Source of the DNA: Nymphaea colorata
Lineage: Eukaryota
NCBI RefSeq assembly: GCF_008831285.2
Contig: NC_045138.2
Span: forward strand, 26,598,001-26,662,000
Direction: 5' to 3'
Length of the DNA stretch: 64,000 nucleotides
Position 1 is the first letter of the stretch. The number at the start of each line of letters is the position of its first letter. A model generated the notes under the pieces. That model was not told the origin of the DNA and made no database searches. It saw nothing but the letters and a program-made list of their open reading frames with translations. Shown in pieces: positions 60,237-64,000 of the stretch. The translations under genes and the position numbers were made by a program.

Positions 60237-60713
60237 ATGCTAAACAGTACTTAAAAATGATGAGATAGGAGGAAATAGTATGAAAGGGGAAAATGTAAAG
60301 TAGATCAAGGAGTCGCTAAGCTAATTCGTACGGTCATTTGTCTCGTCCTCATTTTCCCGTACAATTTACTTACGTACCAATCACGGGACGTCATGTCCCG
60401 GAGCTATTTTGTCAAGAATTTCATGGTCCGTAATCATGAAGGCTCTTTTACAGTATAACTGTTTGATATGATGCATGGTCGTTAAATTCAAGATATAGAC
60501 GCATCGAGGGTTCCGCCCACCTGACTTGACGGGTTTGCCTTACGCTCTTTAAAAAGAAGAGACGTAGACAGAATTTGTAGCGCCCTTACGCTGTTTGAGA
60601 GACAAAATTAAAGTGTGTTTTGACGACTGAAAAACTCAGATTTGACAAGAACGTTTTCAGAAGAGCATTTTCATATAAACATTATTTTGGTGTTATATAT
60701 ATATATATATATA

Positions 60714-61082
60714 TAGGAAAGTTGGTAAAAACCACACCAGATTTACTAAATTAATTATTAATTTATATTTTTTCCAATCTAACCTTAAAGATATGATCTT
60801 AAATGTGATTTGGTAAGAAACATATATTTAGTTAGTAATTTTCTTACGTAAATAATGTCTTTTTAACACTAAAAAAATGAATAACTCTTATGACATTAAA
60901 ACTTTGATAGTGCAAAGATCATTTTTTTTACAAAAATAACATGAACTAAAGCAAGATTTATATTAATTAGTGTTCATATAACACATTAGAAGGTTCACAT
61001 TTTATTTAAAATACTTTTTAACATGAGTTTAAGAAGTTTGGTTTTTATTCCTTACCCAAGTAGTCTGGTATCTACTAGTTAC
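60714..61082. mobile_element. MITE copy 2, same family as 24784-25162, abutting a (TA)n run
   Basis: Colinear similarity across the length: caatctaacctta.agatat, aaaaaatgaat.actcttat, caaaaataac.tgaactaaa, ttttatttaaaat.ctttttaa, tttattccttacccaa.gtagtct. Confidence 0.75.
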
Positions 61083-64000
61083 ACACACCCACACACCGGG
61101 CTTGATTGTGTATCGTGCCCTCCACTGTATCCGCTATAAAGTGTTTCATCCAGACTCCTGTCACCATTGTTTATACTGCCTTTCACAAATTCAACTTAGC
61201 ATAATGTGAAGATTAGAAATCAAGAAATTTTAAGAGAGCATAATGGACTTTCAATTCGTATAATCGAAAAAATATCCTGTTTCTTAAGTTCTTAACTTTT
61301 GAGGCATCCCTTATCTACATATGTAGTTCATTTTTTAAATAGAACAACTTAAAATGCATATACACTGCATGGCATATACTAGTTTCTTAACGGTGGGTTT
61401 GTTCTCAAGGAGGGAGAGATAGAGAGAACAGCAACAGTTCACCATAAACATTTATCTGGAAAGAGTTTGAAAACAATGAAAAGATTTGGTAGTTTCGTGC
61501 TGTTGGGAAAACTGAACTTGATCAAACACTCAACAGTAATGAGATTGTTATTCAAATCCTGCAACTTATAATAAGGATCTTATTTACTACAAGATTACAG
61601 AGATGCACCAAGATAGTGATGATCTTTCCATCGTTGTAATCGTTTGATCAAATACATAATTAAATTTCTGAAGCATGCAAGAAACTAGTTAATTTAAGCT
61701 TTCAAATTATAAATTAATTTCTAAAACTCTACCATTATCTTTAATTGTCAGACATAGCTGATGCTGTACATGTAGCAAATGTACAGTTCTTTCGTCTATA
61801 CTCATAATTCTCTTTGCAGTATAATCTTTCCATTTTAAACTTTGCAAACATATTTACAGTGTTATCTAAATTTTCTTGTTAATATTGTTCATCATGGTCC
61901 TAATATTACAAGCTAAAAGGTCTAAAGCTGGTAAAGCAATACAATTTTTTTTTCTTTTCCTGCTTTCATATCAACCTATATTATTATGTAGCTTAATGCG
62001 TCTCACAGCAATTTTGAAAAAAAAAAAAAGTTTAATATTTACATTTGCAAATGCTCCCCAAGTCTAGGCTTAACCATCTTGTTTCTGCCTGTTCTTAGTT
62101 GAGATCTCTTGACGCACATGTACTACATGCAGTTAAGTGCAAACGTTATTAATATCCTTAATACTAAATAGAATTCAAATTTTCTACCGAAGATAAAGCA
62201 CCTCTGACATAATTTTACTCAGTTATATTCATGTAACTAATATTTCAAGAAAAACAAGAAACCCAGAAATCTAGAATCAGTACTAAATACATAATACATT
62301 ATATGAGCGCCTATATGCATCATGGAGCATGTACATTCGATAATAAATGCATAATGAATTATTTCATATTTGAAACTTAGTGCATTTGTATATATACATC
62401 ATTAAAGTTGTATTATAAAGTATATTAATTCTCTATTGCTACATATTACAAATTCTCACCCTTCTGAGTGAGCAGAGACTCGTGTTTAATAGCGAAATAA
62501 TTGTTTAAGAGGCTAAATAGTTTTCTTTTGCAGTTCGCACTGACAAATACTTTCCGGGTTGCAAGTAAAAATTAGTGTTGGAATCAACATTCAGATGTTG
62601 AAGCAACATCAATATTTGTTTAATAAAAGTAAAACATCTCTTGGGTTTGTTACTTATAAAAGAGTTAATATATATGCAATAACAATCTATGCAAAATTTC
62701 TATATCCATATTATGCGTATGTGAGTGTTATACATAGATATATATGGAGTGAATACCTTAGATACCTTGACGATATAGTTCCTTAAGAAAAAGAAAACTT
62801 GAATAATTCCTTATGTTCATAATCTCTCCTGGTTCTGATAATTGCGAATTGTTTTGTTCCATTTAGCAAACACCAATCGAGTCACCACTGATCTGTAAGA
62901 AGGATTTTCTGGCAAAAAATCATTATTTAACTGTAAATGAAAAACGTTTTGAAAGAAACAATTCAGAAGAGAAGTCTTGTCAAATATTCAACCATGCTGA
63001 ATCCATTCCAATATGATAAAAAGAATTGGCAACACAAGCTCTGCGAGGTGGATATAAGGATAGGATCGAATCTTCCTTCAAGTCTTCCAAGCAGAAGCAG
63101 ATCGCCCTTGAGGTTAAACTGCAGCCCTGTCTTCATTTGAAACTCCATGGCTGCCATGTGCTTGTTTCTTAGTTGGTTGATCTTTGGAAGAAGATGGATC
63201 ACAGCACATATTGCACTATATACCTACATGAGGCTTTGAGAAATGATTGTGACTTACCAGTGCAAGATTTGGAGATGCATATATGTCTTTTACCTCCTGC
63301 CTTCCTACTTCATGGATCGATCAGAAGGTGGTAGATGAGGACGAAGAAGTCGACTGAATCGCGAAAAATTAAAGGGTTTGTCTTCTTGGTTGTTCCTCAT
63401 CTATCAATGAGCACAAACCCTAAGGCAATGGTCAGCAGGACTGGCAGGTTCTCCCAGGTACTTCAGTTGTATCTCAATTATACCCAAAGCTGGAATACTT
63501 GCTCCACACACATAGAACTTGAAATTGTGTCCCTTGAAGTCCTTTTCTATTTAGGTGAAGTACTATAAAAGAAAGGCACACAACAGTGACAGAGACTTTT
63601 CGTCACTAAAAATTCCGATATATAGCAGGGAAAGTTTGGGTTATTGAAGGAAAAGAATTATATTTGATGTATTGAAAGAGAACCATGAGTAAATCTTGGC
63701 ATTTGCTAGCAACAAGTGTTTCTTATGCCTGTCTTGATGTTTGACTTAAGACCTTCAAGTATAATTCAACATTAGAACAAGTCACTAGGCATAAGCCTGT
63801 AGGGATTTGTCTAACCCTAGCTAACTTACTACTCTCTCTTTCTCTACATAAAGTGAGGCATTTGGGCAATTAGTAGATCCATTCATCTTAATGGTCGATA
63901 ATTAGGTTTTATTTAGTGTTAAATGAGCTTTCTTTAGATCAGATAATGCCAGGAGATGCACTCATAAGTTGAATTGAATTTTTGACCTTCTTCAACTTGA

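Noticed and set aside
63020..63095. DVL/RTFL peptide (minus frame LKED...LY..RRACV)
   Set aside because: The spacing is wrong and the terminal MLLCW motif is missing; the similarity is at chance level.

Overview
Plant (angiosperm) nuclear genomic DNA, AT-rich, with seven intron-containing protein-coding genes reconstructed by hand from GT-AG splice sites: a CHUP1-like coiled-coil gene (-, runs off the left edge), a P-class PPR gene resembling Arabidopsis At1g10910/EMB3103 (-), a TET2-like tetraspanin (+), an alkaline-phytoceramidase-like membrane protein (-), a cytokinin oxidase/dehydrogenase (-), a NAP1 histone chaperone ending in the CaaX motif CKQQ (+) and a 19-exon GH35 beta-galactosidase (-). 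The last ~14 kb has no recognisable gene. Intergenic and intronic DNA holds MITEs (hAT-type with 8-bp TSDs, a two-copy family next to microsatellites, Tourist-like), a probable tRNA-derived SINE, local tandem duplications and long (AT)n microsatellites. The most notable anomaly is that PPR exon 1 has no in-frame ATG (1-nt frameshift, assembly error or non-AUG start). The TET2-CKX-NAP1-BGAL linkage may be ancient microsynteny. I found no convincing novel biological system, CRISPR array, rRNA, tRNA or known miRNA.
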